A stretch of 34,370 bases of DNA from Candidatus Curtissbacteria bacterium RIFCSPHIGHO2_12_FULL_41_17 (GCA_001774945.1 MFBL01000058.1:1-34370); one strand, 5' to 3'. Positions 7,682-16,942 are shown, counted from the first letter of the stretch. Notes: a model not told the origin generated them from the sequence alone. Translations and numbers: made by a program.

Positions 7682-8940
7682 ATTTTAGATATTATATTCC
7701 TTTGGCTTTTTAATACCGCTACTACTAAAAGGAGCAGGATAAAAGCTTCTGAGACGACTGTCACAATTGCCGCCGCCATATATCCAAATTGGGGGATATA
7801 GATTAAGTTTAAAATTATATTAAATGCCGCACCCGAGAAATAAATAAGAGCCAGATATTTTTGTTTTTTTATGATTATTAACAAGTGCCAAAGCAAAGCA
7901 GAAATGAAAAAGAAAGGCATACCAAGTGCTAAAACCGCAAGAGCCGTTTGCGATCCTATAAATCTTGCATCATAAATAGCGGGGATTAAAAATGATACGG
8001 CAATTAAAAAACCGGTCAAAAATACTGAAAGGGATAGAAGAATCACCAGAGTGCGTTTAATATGCGATTTGAATTTTGAATAGCTTTTTTTTAGAAATTC
8101 TTCATTAAGTAAAGGATAAATGGCGTTGACCAAAAAAATAGGCAAAGCGAGCGCCGCTTCAAAAAACTGGTAGGCCAAACCATAAATTCCCACCTCGGAG
8201 CTTTCGCGAAAATTGGAAAGAATCAAGACATCGATTCGAAAGTAAATTAAGTTGAAAATTAAGGCAAGACCTATCGGCCAGGAGGCGGAAACGAGTCTTT
8301 GTGTGCTGTTTTTTTCAAATTTGGGAAGGATAAATTTTTTAATCCTTTTTGTAATAAGAAAGTAAGCAGCGCAAACTAAAACAAAACCTCCTAAAACATA
8401 GGAGGCGACGTAGCCTAGCAGATTGCCGCCGGAAAAAGTTATTGCAAGTGTACTTGTTAAAATAACCAAGTAACCGGCGATTGCTGCTATGGTCGACAGG
8501 TCATACCTCAGATTTCTTTGGAAATAAGCGTTAGCAGTGGTAAAAAGTGCCTGAGTTAAAATTGTTAATGATCCTATAAGAATACCCGCCTTTACAAGCG
8601 GTGAAAAACCTGTTTGTTTAACCAAATCATGTGGCAGTACAAATGAAATTGAGATAGCAGCAGCAAAAAGAATAAGCGCCAAAATAAGTCTTACACCGAC
8701 CAAGACCTTAAAAAGATTAAATTCAGATTTTTTATCGGCAGTTCTAACATAAATACTATTTAGTCCAAAATCCGCAAAAGTGTAAAAATAGCCGACAAAA
8801 ACAAAAATTTTGGTAAATTCTCCAAAGCCGGCCGGGCCAAGTGTTCTGGCAATTAAAAGAGTAATTATTAGGGTGATCGTTGCAGTGAATGCTTTGCCGA
8901 AGACCTGAAAAACGGTATTGTAAAATACTTTTTTATACAT
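7678..8940 (-). CDS. wzx: Wzx-type oligosaccharide flippase
   Basis: About 12 TM helices; 'ARTLGPAGFG', 'ADFGL', 'IYFRIDVLIL', 'VGIYGLAY'. ATG at 8940 preferred as start. Confidence 0.85.
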   Translation of the reverse strand: MYKKVFYNTVFQVFGKAFTATITLIITLLIARTLGPAGFGEFTKIFVFVGYFYTFADFGLNSIYVRTADKKSEFNLFKVLVGVRLILALILFAAAISISFVLPHDLVKQTGFSPLVKAGILIGSLTILTQALFTTANAYFQRNLRYDLSTIAAIAGYLVILTSTLAITFSGGNLLGYVASYVLGGFVLVCAAYFLITKRIKKFILPKFEKNSTQRLVSASWPIGLALIFNLIYFRIDVLILSNFRESSEVGIYGLAYQFFEAALALPIFLVNAIYPLLNEEFLKKSYSKFKSHIKRTLVILLSLSVFLTGFLIAVSFLIPAIYDARFIGSQTALAVLALGMPFFFISALLWHLLIIIKKQKYLALIYFSGAAFNIILNLIYIPQFGYMAAAIVTVVSEAFILLLLVVAVLKSQRNIISKI

Positions 8941-8962
8941 TGATAGCACCCAATATATCAGT

Positions 8963-10201
8963 TTAATTTTTTTTAGGCGAACTGATAATGTAGGCGCAAG
9001 CCAACCAGAATAGCAGTCTGCCCTGATTTAGGGTCCATAAAAAATGGTCAAAGCTGGCAAAAATCACAAGACTGATAAAAAGAAGGATTTTAGCTTTGGT
9101 TTTGGCCTTTTTAAGTACAAAAAGCAGCAAAAATGCAAAAATGATAAGCCCAAAAAAGCCATTTTCGGCAAGGATTAAAAGAAAAACATTATGAACAGGC
9201 TGCAGCAGACGGATTTGGTTGGCTGAAGTCAGATTTTGCAAAGCAAGCTGGGGAATAAAATTGAGACTCCCGACTCCAAACAGGGGATTTTTGGCAAAAA
9301 TATCAATTGCCGCACTAATTAAAACCAGTCTTTCCGAAAGTGAAGCAATCTGCGCTTCGGGCAAAAATCTTATGATAAACAGGACGAGTGCCGCAAGTGC
9401 CGCAACTCCTAAAATTTGAGGTAATTTTTTAAAAAGAGTCACTAAATATAAAAAGAGTAAGAATATGCCGGACTTGGAAGAGGTGGCGATCAGGGACAAG
9501 GGCAATAGAATCAAGGTGATGATTCTTGCTGCTTTTTTCTTTAATAATAATTTATGAGAATCAATGATAATAAAACTTATAAGCAGAAAAGCTGCCAGCA
9601 CATTCGGGTGAGGAAAAGTTCCGTAGGGCCTTAAAAATTGGCGGCCAAAAAGTTGGCCGTGGGCAATATTGACTGTTGAAGAATCAAAACTGCGCTCACC
9701 CAATATCCACAGCCCTAGGGATTTCTGCAAGGCAAACTGCCCTAAAGCAACTAGCGACTGCCAGATAGCCGAAAAGAGCAAGACAAAAATACTGATTCTT
9801 GCTAAATTGCGGTTTTTAAGAGTTTTTGCTGCGTAAATCCCAAATAAGGAAGCAGTTAAAAATCTAATAAAAAATATATAAGAAAGAGCAGTAATCCTTG
9901 CGAAAAAAATTGTATCGGCTAATAGGTAGAGAGTTAAAATTAACCAAATTAAAAGGAAACTCTTTTGAGTTTCGTAATCTTTTACTAAATTTTTAAGAGC
10001 CTGCCGGCCGGCAAGCAGGTTTTCCAGGCTAAATGTGGCTATATAGAAAAAAAGCGCAAAGTCTACCAAATAAAGACTAATGGCCAAATAATCAATAGGT
10101 ATTCCTAAGACGAAAGATTCGGGATGGAAAAAAAATTTACCAAGCTGAATGGGGATTAGCGCTAAAGTAAGAAGAAAAAATCCATCGGATGGGCGCATCA
10201 A
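8963..10201 (-). CDS. O-antigen ligase family (Wzy_C) membrane protein
   Basis: 'RPYGTFPHPNVLAAFL', 'NPLFGVG..NF', 'PVHNVFLLILAENG'. Confidence 0.85.
   Translation of the reverse strand: MMRPSDGFFLLTLALIPIQLGKFFFHPESFVLGIPIDYLAISLYLVDFALFFYIATFSLENLLAGRQALKNLVKDYETQKSFLLIWLILTLYLLADTIFFARITALSYIFFIRFLTASLFGIYAAKTLKNRNLARISIFVLLFSAIWQSLVALGQFALQKSLGLWILGERSFDSSTVNIAHGQLFGRQFLRPYGTFPHPNVLAAFLLISFIIIDSHKLLLKKKAARIITLILLPLSLIATSSKSGIFLLFLYLVTLFKKLPQILGVAALAALVLFIIRFLPEAQIASLSERLVLISAAIDIFAKNPLFGVGSLNFIPQLALQNLTSANQIRLLQPVHNVFLLILAENGFFGLIIFAFLLLFVLKKAKTKAKILLFISLVIFASFDHFLWTLNQGRLLFWLACAYIISSPKKN
10000..10019. repeat. CCTGCC-type palindrome, in frame in the ligase gene
   Basis: cctgccggccggcaagcagg (LLAGRQA); related to 25637-25657. 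Confidence 0.6.
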
Positions 10202-10668
10202 CTTTCGGCAGATTTAGGTTTAACTATCAGATGCCTGTCAGGACCTTCACCTTCGGAGACAGTAGAAACTTTTGGGTGTTCGGCCAGGACGGTGTGAATC
10301 ACTCTTCTCTCACTGCTTTTCAGATTATAAATCGGTTGTTCTTCGGCGCTTTGGGCAACTTGTTCGGCAATACTGATGGCCATTTTTTTAAGCTTCTCTT
10401 CTTTCTGCCTGCGCCAGTCATTTATATCTACAAAAACTTCAAAATCTTCATTGCCGGTCAGTGCTTTAATTCTAACTGCCAATATAAACTGGAGGCTTTC
10501 TAAATTAGCGCCATATTTGCCAATTAAAAGCGCACTATCCGGTGATGAAATATCCACAAAGAAAATTTCGCCTTCTTTTGATACCTCAACGGTTGCCGAT
10601 ACATCCAAGCCCTCAATGATCTGTCTGATATTTTCGGCTACGAAATTTTCGTCTAATTTATGTTTCAT
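10198..10668 (-). CDS. jag: Jag/KhpB (EloR) KH + R3H RNA-binding protein, short form
   Basis: 'LIGKYGANLESLQ' KH motif and 'ERRVIH' R3H motif; downstream of yidC. Confidence 0.9.
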   Translation of the reverse strand: MKHKLDENFVAENIRQIIEGLDVSATVEVSKEGEIFFVDISSPDSALLIGKYGANLESLQFILAVRIKALTGNEDFEVFVDINDWRRQKEEKLKKMAISIAEQVAQSAEEQPIYNLKSSERRVIHTVLAEHPKVSTVSEGEGPDRHLIVKPKSAES

Positions 10669-10686
10669 GCAAATTGACGCGAATTT

Positions 10687-11502
10687 TTATTTGCGCCACT
10701 TTTCCGGTAGATACTTATTAAGACCTCCAGCACCTGCAATTATATACTGCTGGATGATACCAATTATCGTAAAAGTGTTCCAGTAAAGAGAAAGGCCAAT
10801 CGGGAATCCATAAGAAAAAAAGGCGATCATTGCCGGCATGATCAAGATCATTTGAGACTGCATCTGGGCCATACTGTCTTCAAGGCCTTCCTTCCCTTCC
10901 TTTTTGACCGGTGCCGGGCTTTTAGCGGACGGGGACATCATTTTTGACTGGATATACTGTAAAATCCCTGTGACAATGGGAACAAGAAGAATCAGAAAAC
11001 CGACAGTGCGCCAATCCGAAGGTTTGGCTGCCAGGCTAACGCCAAGATATGAGGGGTCAGGGATTTTTTCGAGAAAAAGAAATGGGGAATAGAGTCTATC
11101 ATTAATATTAGTTAAAAAATCATTTTTGGAAAAATCCACAATCTTTAACAAAACCTGGTAAAGGGCTATAAAAACCGGCATCTGGATTATTAGAGGCAGA
11201 CAACCGGCCAGAGGATTGACTCCGTGTTCCTTATAAAGCTTGGAAACCTCCTGTTGGTGACGCGTTTTGTCATGCCCATGTTCGGACTTAATTCTATCCA
11301 AGTGCGGCTTTAATGCCGCCATTTTCTGGGTACTTTTTAGCTGGGCGGAAATTAAGGGCCAAAGGGCCAGCCGAATTACAACTGTTAAAAGAATAATGGC
11401 AAATCCTAAAGCACCAGGAATGGGAAGTAGGGCAAAACCTTTATAAAAAAGCAGGAGCAGATTAAGGATCGGGTTGATTAGAAAAGAATCAAAAGGGTTC
11501 AT
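10687..11502 (-). CDS. yidC: Membrane protein insertase YidC
   Basis: 'AIILLTVVIRL', 'LYKEHGVNPLAGCLP...QMPVFIALY', 'GLSLYW'. Confidence 0.95.
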   Translation of the reverse strand: MNPFDSFLINPILNLLLLFYKGFALLPIPGALGFAIILLTVVIRLALWPLISAQLKSTQKMAALKPHLDRIKSEHGHDKTRHQQEVSKLYKEHGVNPLAGCLPLIIQMPVFIALYQVLLKIVDFSKNDFLTNINDRLYSPFLFLEKIPDPSYLGVSLAAKPSDWRTVGFLILLVPIVTGILQYIQSKMMSPSAKSPAPVKKEGKEGLEDSMAQMQSQMILIMPAMIAFFSYGFPIGLSLYWNTFTIIGIIQQYIIAGAGGLNKYLPEKWRK

Positions 11503-11518
11503 AAATTTAGTTTAAAAT

Positions 11519-11725
11519 TCAAACCGGATCATAGAATGGCCGTTTGGAAAAAGGATGGCAGGCGCAAATTCTTTTCAAACCCATAACGCTGCCCTTCAAT
11601 ATGCCGTATTTTTCGATTGCCTGGCTCACATAAGCAGAGCAAGATGGCCTAAAACGGCAAGAAGGCAGGCTGCCGGCAAAAAGCACCTGGTAAATTTTAA
11701 TTAAGAATATGGCAATTTGCTTCAT
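11519..11725 (-). CDS. yidD: Membrane protein insertion efficiency factor YidD
   Basis: '[10 protein letters not shown]...AIEKYG...RICACHPF'. Confidence 0.93.
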   Translation of the reverse strand: MKQIAIFLIKIYQVLFAGSLPSCRFRPSCSAYVSQAIEKYGILKGSVMGLKRICACHPFSKRPFYDPV

Positions 11726-11964
11726 TTAACTTTTCTAATCTTTTCAATTAACAATTTTTCGACCTGGTGCATTTTAAGATCTTTTATATTCTCTTTAACA
11801 ATTATAACCAGTTCCCCCGTAAGTTGGATCTTTCGGGCTGCCTCCATAAATAGCCTTCTAATTCGATTGCGGTCGACTGCTTTTGGTGCTACCTTTTTTG
11901 AAACGACCACCTTTATTTTAGAAAAAGGCAGGTTTTTTTTAAAAATTACAGAAAATTTGTCCAC
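11722..11964 (-). CDS. rnpA: Ribonuclease P protein component (short)
   Basis: RNR motif '[17 protein letters not shown]'; lies between rpmH and yidD. Confidence 0.85.
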   Translation of the reverse strand: MDKFSVIFKKNLPFSKIKVVVSKKVAPKAVDRNRIRRLFMEAARKIQLTGELVIIVKENIKDLKMHQVEKLLIEKIRKVK

Positions 11965-12102
11965 CTAAACAGCCAGTTTCACGCGACCTCTTATTCTTCT
12001 TCTTGCCAAAACCCTGCGCCCGTCGGTAGTTCTCATACGTTTTCTAAAACCGTGGGTTTTGGCGCGCTTTCTCTTTTTGGGCTGGTAAGTTCTTTTCGGC
12101 AT
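11965..12102 (-). CDS. rpmH: 50S ribosomal protein L34 (not in ORF track)
   Basis: Manual translation [45 protein letters not shown]. Confidence 0.95.
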   Translation of the reverse strand: MPKRTYQPKKRKRAKTHGFRKRMRTTDGRRVLARRRIRGRVKLAV

Positions 12103-12123
12103 GAATACTCCCTTCGGTCGCTT

Positions 12124-12210
12124 AATTCAAAATTTAAAGTTCAAAATTAAAAATTTAAAAATTCTGACTTTTTACTTGAACTTTCGACCTTTGACTTTTA
12201 AGTTTTGAGT
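12124..12210. repeat. Pair of inverted 7-nt arrays with no gene between them
   Basis: aattcaa aatttaa agttcaa aattaaa aatttaa ... ttgaact ttcgacc tttgact tttaagt tttgagt. Confidence 0.7.
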
Positions 12211-12265
12211 TTATTGCTTAGGTTACTAGAAATTAAATGAGATATCAAGTCACAAAAATCTTAAG

Positions 12266-12305
12266 TTTTGCACAAAAATTTTAACCAGTTGACAACTGTT
12301 GATAA
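12266..12305. promoter_or_regulatory. DnaA-box cluster upstream of dnaA
   Basis: ttttgcaca (12266), agttgacaa (12287), tgttgataa (12297). Confidence 0.6.
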
Positions 12306-12434
12306 CTCTTGTAATCATAGATGTTGGCGCAATTATTTTTAAATTTCTTCAGCCTGATCTTCAATTAATATTTGTCTGCTAAATTTTGACTAACTTTGCG
12401 CCAAATTAATTTTTAAAATTCATTAAATACACAG

Positions 12435-13805
12435 GTGGAAGCAAAAAAAATCTGGGCTAAAATTCTATCGGAAATCAAAAGGCATGTTTCGGCCTCAACC
12501 TTCAAGACGTGGTTTGCCGGATCATTTATTGTGGAGTACAAAAAAACCGCCGTTAAAAGTGTTTTAATTATTGCCTTTAAAAATAATTTTTTGAAAGAAC
12601 AGGTCGAAAAAAGATATTTGCCGCAAGTTGCCAAAATCGCAAGCAGAGAGCTCGGCGAGCCAACAGAGATCCTCCTGATAGTTACCCAAAAACAAAATCA
12701 AATAAAAGAAAAAGGGCCGATTTTTTCCGGAGTTGCACCTTTGCAATTTTTAAAGACAAGGCAGGCAAATGATCTAAAAAGTGATCATACTTTTGATAAT
12801 TTTGTGGTGGGCAACTCCAATAATCTGGCTTATCTGGTTGCCAAACAAGTAAGTGAAAACCCCGGAACAAATTACAATCCTCTTTTGTTTTTTGGGCCGA
12901 CGGGCGTTGGCAAAACTCACCTTTTGCAGGCCATAGGCAATGCGATAAAAAAAAGGGCAATTGAAGCTAAAATCCTTTATGCGTCTGCAGAAAAATTTAC
13001 CAACGACTATTTAGAATCCTTATCTTTTAAAACTCAAGCTTCCTTTCGCGCAAGGTATCGCGGGTCTGACGTTCTTTTAGTTGACGACATTCAGTTTTTG
13101 GCCGGCAAGGAAAGCACACAAGAAGAATTTTTTTATACATTTAACGAACTGTATCTTGCAAATAGGCAAATTGTTATTGCCGCAGACAGGCACCCTAAAG
13201 AACTGGGCAAACTTAAAGAAAGACTTGTTAGCCGATTTCTGCAGGGGATGGTTGCCGATATTGCCCCTCCAGATTTTGAAATGAAGATGGCAATTTTAAA
13301 AACTAAATGCAAAGAGCGGGGAATGAGTCTTGACGATGAAAGCATCTCTTATATTGCCAATACCTGCTTTGGGAGTGCGCGGGAACTTGAAGGAGTTTTG
13401 ATATCCACATTTTCTCTTGCTAAATTGTCAGGCAACAAGGTTGATTTGGCAAAAATTAAATTAATTGTTGAAAGAAATCAGACAAACAACCAAAAAGCTA
13501 CCCCCCAAACCATTATTGAAGCTGTATGCAGTTATTTTAATGTCAAACCTTCCGATCTTTCGAGTCCTTCAAGAAAATCCAATTTAGTCTTTGCCAGACA
13601 AATACTCATGTATCTTTTGCGAAAAGAGCTGCAGCTTCCACTTTCTGCGATCGGCCAGTTCGTTGGCGGCAGAGACCATTCAACAATTATCCATGGTGTG
13701 GAAAAAGTTGAAAAAGATGTTCTTTCCAACCAACCGCGAAAGGATGAGGTTCTGAGGATTAGATCCCTTTTCAACAATTACCGGGAAGTTATCGGCAAGA
13801 CTTAG
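12435..13805 (+). CDS. dnaA: Chromosomal replication initiator DnaA
   Basis: 'YNPLLFFGPTGVGKTHLL', 'LLVDDIQF', 'GGRDHSTIIHG'. Confidence 0.98.
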   Translation: MEAKKIWAKILSEIKRHVSASTFKTWFAGSFIVEYKKTAVKSVLIIAFKNNFLKEQVEKRYLPQVAKIASRELGEPTEILLIVTQKQNQIKEKGPIFSGVAPLQFLKTRQANDLKSDHTFDNFVVGNSNNLAYLVAKQVSENPGTNYNPLLFFGPTGVGKTHLLQAIGNAIKKRAIEAKILYASAEKFTNDYLESLSFKTQASFRARYRGSDVLLVDDIQFLAGKESTQEEFFYTFNELYLANRQIVIAADRHPKELGKLKERLVSRFLQGMVADIAPPDFEMKMAILKTKCKERGMSLDDESISYIANTCFGSARELEGVLISTFSLAKLSGNKVDLAKIKLIVERNQTNNQKATPQTIIEAVCSYFNVKPSDLSSPSRKSNLVFARQILMYLLRKELQLPLSAIGQFVGGRDHSTIIHGVEKVEKDVLSNQPRKDEVLRIRSLFNNYREVIGKT

Positions 13806-13960
13806 ATGTCGGGTTTTTAGTTTGTCAACAAGTTATCAACAAAGAATATGCTTTTACGGGTTGGCTTTGCAGTTATCAACAAACCTAATAATACTAATAC
13901 TTTGTTTAATATAAAAGGATAGTAGTGGATGGTATTTTATAAATTGTTGATATATAATCA
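13768..13960. other. Probable oriC unwinding region: DnaA boxes, DnaA-trios and AT-rich tract
   Basis: ttttcaaca 13768, ttgtcaaca 13822, ttatcaaca 13833 and 13873, followed by aacc-taa taa tac taa tac (13886-13900). Confidence 0.75.
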
Positions 13961-14001
13961 AAAAACTTCTGCCGACCAAACCCTTTCCTTAGAAAGCTAA
14001 A

Positions 14002-15126
14002 ATGAAATGTAAAGTCGCCCAAAATGAACTAGCAAAAGCTTTAAAAGCATGCGAAAAATCGTTTCTAGTTCGTGCCAATTTACCGGTTTTATCAAACATT
14101 TTACTTACTATAAGCAAAAATGGCTTGGAAGCACTTTCGACAAACCTGGAAACAGCTACCAGGGTGGCTGTACCCTGTCAAGGGGAAATTGATGGACGTA
14201 TTACCCTTCCGGGAAGGGTTTTTATGGATTTTATCTGGCAGCTCCCGGAGCAAACACTGGCAATTGAATTACTTGGAGAGGAAGTGCTGGTGACAACAAA
14301 GGGTTATAGCGCAAGGTTTGCCTCAATGCCGGCTGAAGAGTTCCCAGCAATTCCCAAAATAGAAAGCGGTAAAAAAATCGAAATTGAAGCAAGTGTTTTT
14401 GCCAAAGCTTGCGCCCAGGTCGTTTTTTGTGCAGCACAGGACGAAGGCAGGCCTACCTTAAACGGGATTCTTTGCGAACTTAATAAACAGAATTTTTCGA
14501 TGGTGGCAACTGACGGCTACCGTTTGGGATTTGTAACGATTCCAATCGCCGGATCAGTAAGTTTAATAAAGATGATAATACCAGCAAAGACACTCGGGGA
14601 AGTGATTAAGCTGGCAAGTGAATTAGAACAGGAAGAAGACGGAAAATCACTGACAATTACAATAGCAGACACTTTAACCCAGGCTAATTTTAAACTGGGC
14701 AATATCGAGTTTACCTCAAGATTAATTGAGGGCGAATTTCCCAATTGGCAAAAAATAATTCCGGCGAATTTTGCCACCAGCGCCAAAATTTTGCGTGAAG
14801 AATTAACAAGAAGGGTAAGAATAGCAGCTGTTTTTGCCAGGGATAGCGGCAATATCGTCAGGCTTAAATTGGAGGGTAAAAAGCTGACAATTTTGGCAAC
14901 CACAGCTCAGGTGGGTTCAAACGAAACGGAAATGGAGGCGGAGATTAGCGGCAAAGGCGGGGAGATTGCTTTCAACTACCGTTACATTTTAGAGGCACTT
15001 TCTGCGATTGATAGTGAAGTTATTAATTTCCAGATGAGCGAGAGCTTAACCCCCGGGAGGATAACACCCGAAGATACCAAAAGCGGCCTCTTCCAGATCA
15101 TTATGCCGGTCCGACTTCAAGGCTGA
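14002..15126 (+). CDS. dnaN: DNA polymerase III beta clamp
   Basis: 'LPVLSNIL', 'MVATDGYRL', 'SRLIEGEFPNW', 'IIMPVR'. Confidence 0.97.
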   Translation: MKCKVAQNELAKALKACEKSFLVRANLPVLSNILLTISKNGLEALSTNLETATRVAVPCQGEIDGRITLPGRVFMDFIWQLPEQTLAIELLGEEVLVTTKGYSARFASMPAEEFPAIPKIESGKKIEIEASVFAKACAQVVFCAAQDEGRPTLNGILCELNKQNFSMVATDGYRLGFVTIPIAGSVSLIKMIIPAKTLGEVIKLASELEQEEDGKSLTITIADTLTQANFKLGNIEFTSRLIEGEFPNWQKIIPANFATSAKILREELTRRVRIAAVFARDSGNIVRLKLEGKKLTILATTAQVGSNETEMEAEISGKGGEIAFNYRYILEALSAIDSEVINFQMSESLTPGRITPEDTKSGLFQIIMPVRLQG

Positions 15127-15157
15127 CATTTGACAATTGACCATTAACATTTAACAT
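15124..15157 (+). repeat. Left 7-nt array flanking four-helix-bundle gene 1
   Basis: tgacatt tgacaat tgaccat taacatt taacat-ATG. Confidence 0.85.
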
Positions 15158-15532
15158 ATGCGCAAGTTCCGCTTTAGAAAATTTAAAGTTTACCAAGACG
15201 CCATCAGGTTTCGAATGCGCATTAAGGCTTTAACGAATAAGTATTTCCCAAAAGACGAGAAGTATTTAATTATAGATCAAATCATTAGGGCAGCAAACTC
15301 AATTGTTCTGGCAATTGCTGAGGGCGCGGATCGATCAACTGACAAAGACTTTGCTTTATTTCTCAATCGTGCCCACACCTCTTTAAACGAGGTTGTTGCT
15401 TGTTTAGATATTGCCCTTGCCGAGAAATTTATAAGCCTGCGGGTTTACTTGGAGTATGTTGCCGAAGCGGAGAATTTGGCAAACCAGATAACCGCATTTA
15501 GAAGAAAATTATTAATAAGCCCTTCTAAGTAG
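15158..15532 (+). CDS. Four helix bundle protein (23S rRNA IVP / Avd-like family)
   Basis: 'FRKFKVYQ...FPKDEKY..IDQIIRAANSIVLAIAEG..R...DF..FL..A..SLNE'. Confidence 0.9.
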   Translation: MRKFRFRKFKVYQDAIRFRMRIKALTNKYFPKDEKYLIIDQIIRAANSIVLAIAEGADRSTDKDFALFLNRAHTSLNEVVACLDIALAEKFISLRVYLEYVAEAENLANQITAFRRKLLISPSK

Positions 15533-15536
15533 TATT

Positions 15537-15571
15537 TTTGTCAATTGTCACCTGTCAAATGTCAATTGTAT
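15537..15571 (-). repeat. Right 7-nt array (inverted) flanking four-helix-bundle gene 1
   Basis: tttgtca attgtca cctgtca aatgtca attgtat, the reverse complement of TGACAww units. Confidence 0.85.
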
Positions 15572-15583
15572 ACTACTGTGGGA

Positions 15584-15886
15584 ATGTTTAACTCCATTGG
15601 TGATTTAATTCGCACAATACCCGTACGTTCACGCTCTCCACGGGCAATACTTGCCCTTCAGGTAAGAAATGCCGCTTTGGAATCATTGGCTTTGGTTTGC
15701 AGTGATTTACCAAAAGAAATAATAGAGGCGATCAAGCCCTCTGTTTTTAAAGGCGGAGTGCTGACAATAACTGCTCCTCAAATGGTGACAGGTGAGCTTC
15801 AGATGCGCTCTGAGGGGCTGATAAAGGAAATAAATAAGGTGTTGGGGAAAAGAATTGTTACGCGCTTAAGGTTTAGGGTTGGTTAA
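15584..15886 (+). CDS. dciA: DUF721/DciA family replicative helicase loader
   Basis: 'GVLTITAP.....ELQM....LIKEIN..LG...VTRLRFRVG'; downstream of dnaN; ATG at 15584. Confidence 0.75.
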   Translation: MFNSIGDLIRTIPVRSRSPRAILALQVRNAALESLALVCSDLPKEIIEAIKPSVFKGGVLTITAPQMVTGELQMRSEGLIKEINKVLGKRIVTRLRFRVG

Positions 15887-16939
15887 GAATTGACTTTTGA
15901 TTGCGGGTAAAATCATACTGATTTCGCCACCTTTTTTATCTTCAGTTACAACATTCCCTATAAATACATATACTGGTTGTAAAAAAGCTTGTTCGGGAAT
16001 AGGTAAGTAGTACCCGAGATTCACTTTGGTAATTGACAATGAACTGACTCTAATTATTTGGGTTTCCCCTTCACCTTGTATTGGCTCGCTTGGTTTAAAG
16101 CCAGCGATAACACCGCCTCCTGCTAAAATTTCTTTTACTGCTTCATCAACTGATTTAACTGGGTACTTTTCGAGGGGCTGGAGTTCGGGAATCAGCCTTA
16201 CTGATAGCGCGGTGACCTCCCCCTCTTTAGTGATGGTAAGAGACGCCAACATTTGGTCCGCATTATGGTCGAGAAGTGGATACTGACCCAGCTTTAGAGT
16301 TACTAAGACGTTTATTTTGTCTGCTTGGGAAATGTCGCTTACTTTCTGGGGTGCGGCACTGGGTGTATTTTTATAATAAGAAATCTTTTCGGCATTTATC
16401 TCTACGGTATCTTCGAGCAAGCCTTTTTGTTTAAGAAAAACCCTGATTGTTTGTTCCAGATCTTCCTCGGTAAAAATTTTCCTTACCGAATAGGCAATTG
16501 GGGTTTTGAGGGGTGAAGTTTTTTTATAGTTTAGCCTGAATCTATCAATTGAGAGTGAGATTTCCGGCAAATTCCAGCGATAAGTTTCGCCCAGAATGGC
16601 GTCTTGGGCTGTTTGGGGTTCTTGTGGAATTCCGAAATTGCTTGCGATTTGGATTGCCCTATTTTTATTTAGCGGTTTGTCATTCCACTGAAAAACAAGT
16701 ACAGGTGGTACTTTTTCTTGAGTTTGGCTGATGTTTTGGTTAATTCTCAGCGACCCAGACTTTTCTATTAGGGGGGTCTGTACGATGGCAGGGGGTGCGA
16801 TTTTAGTTTGGGGGGGCACGTTTTGTTGTTGCGCATGTTGACGTAGCCAGATTAAAAAAAATAGAGAGAGAATGATAACGGCTCCCAATATGGGAATTGA
16901 GATTTTTTTAAATATTTGGGAAAGACTCGTCAGGTTCAT
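15866..16939 (-). CDS. Hypothetical membrane-anchored extracytoplasmic protein
   Basis: 357 aa with a single N-terminal TM; last gene of the minus-strand secretion cluster. Confidence 0.7.
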   Translation of the reverse strand: MNLTSLSQIFKKISIPILGAVIILSLFFLIWLRQHAQQQNVPPQTKIAPPAIVQTPLIEKSGSLRINQNISQTQEKVPPVLVFQWNDKPLNKNRAIQIASNFGIPQEPQTAQDAILGETYRWNLPEISLSIDRFRLNYKKTSPLKTPIAYSVRKIFTEEDLEQTIRVFLKQKGLLEDTVEINAEKISYYKNTPSAAPQKVSDISQADKINVLVTLKLGQYPLLDHNADQMLASLTITKEGEVTALSVRLIPELQPLEKYPVKSVDEAVKEILAGGGVIAGFKPSEPIQGEGETQIIRVSSLSITKVNLGYYLPIPEQAFLQPVYVFIGNVVTEDKKGGEISMILPAIKSQFLTNPKP

Positions 16940-16942
16940 TCT

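Noticed and set aside
15545-15583. N-terminal extension of dciA given by the ORF track (similarly 3648-3689 and 32829-32861)
   Set aside because: The extensions run through repeat or promoter sequence; downstream ATGs fit family lengths better.
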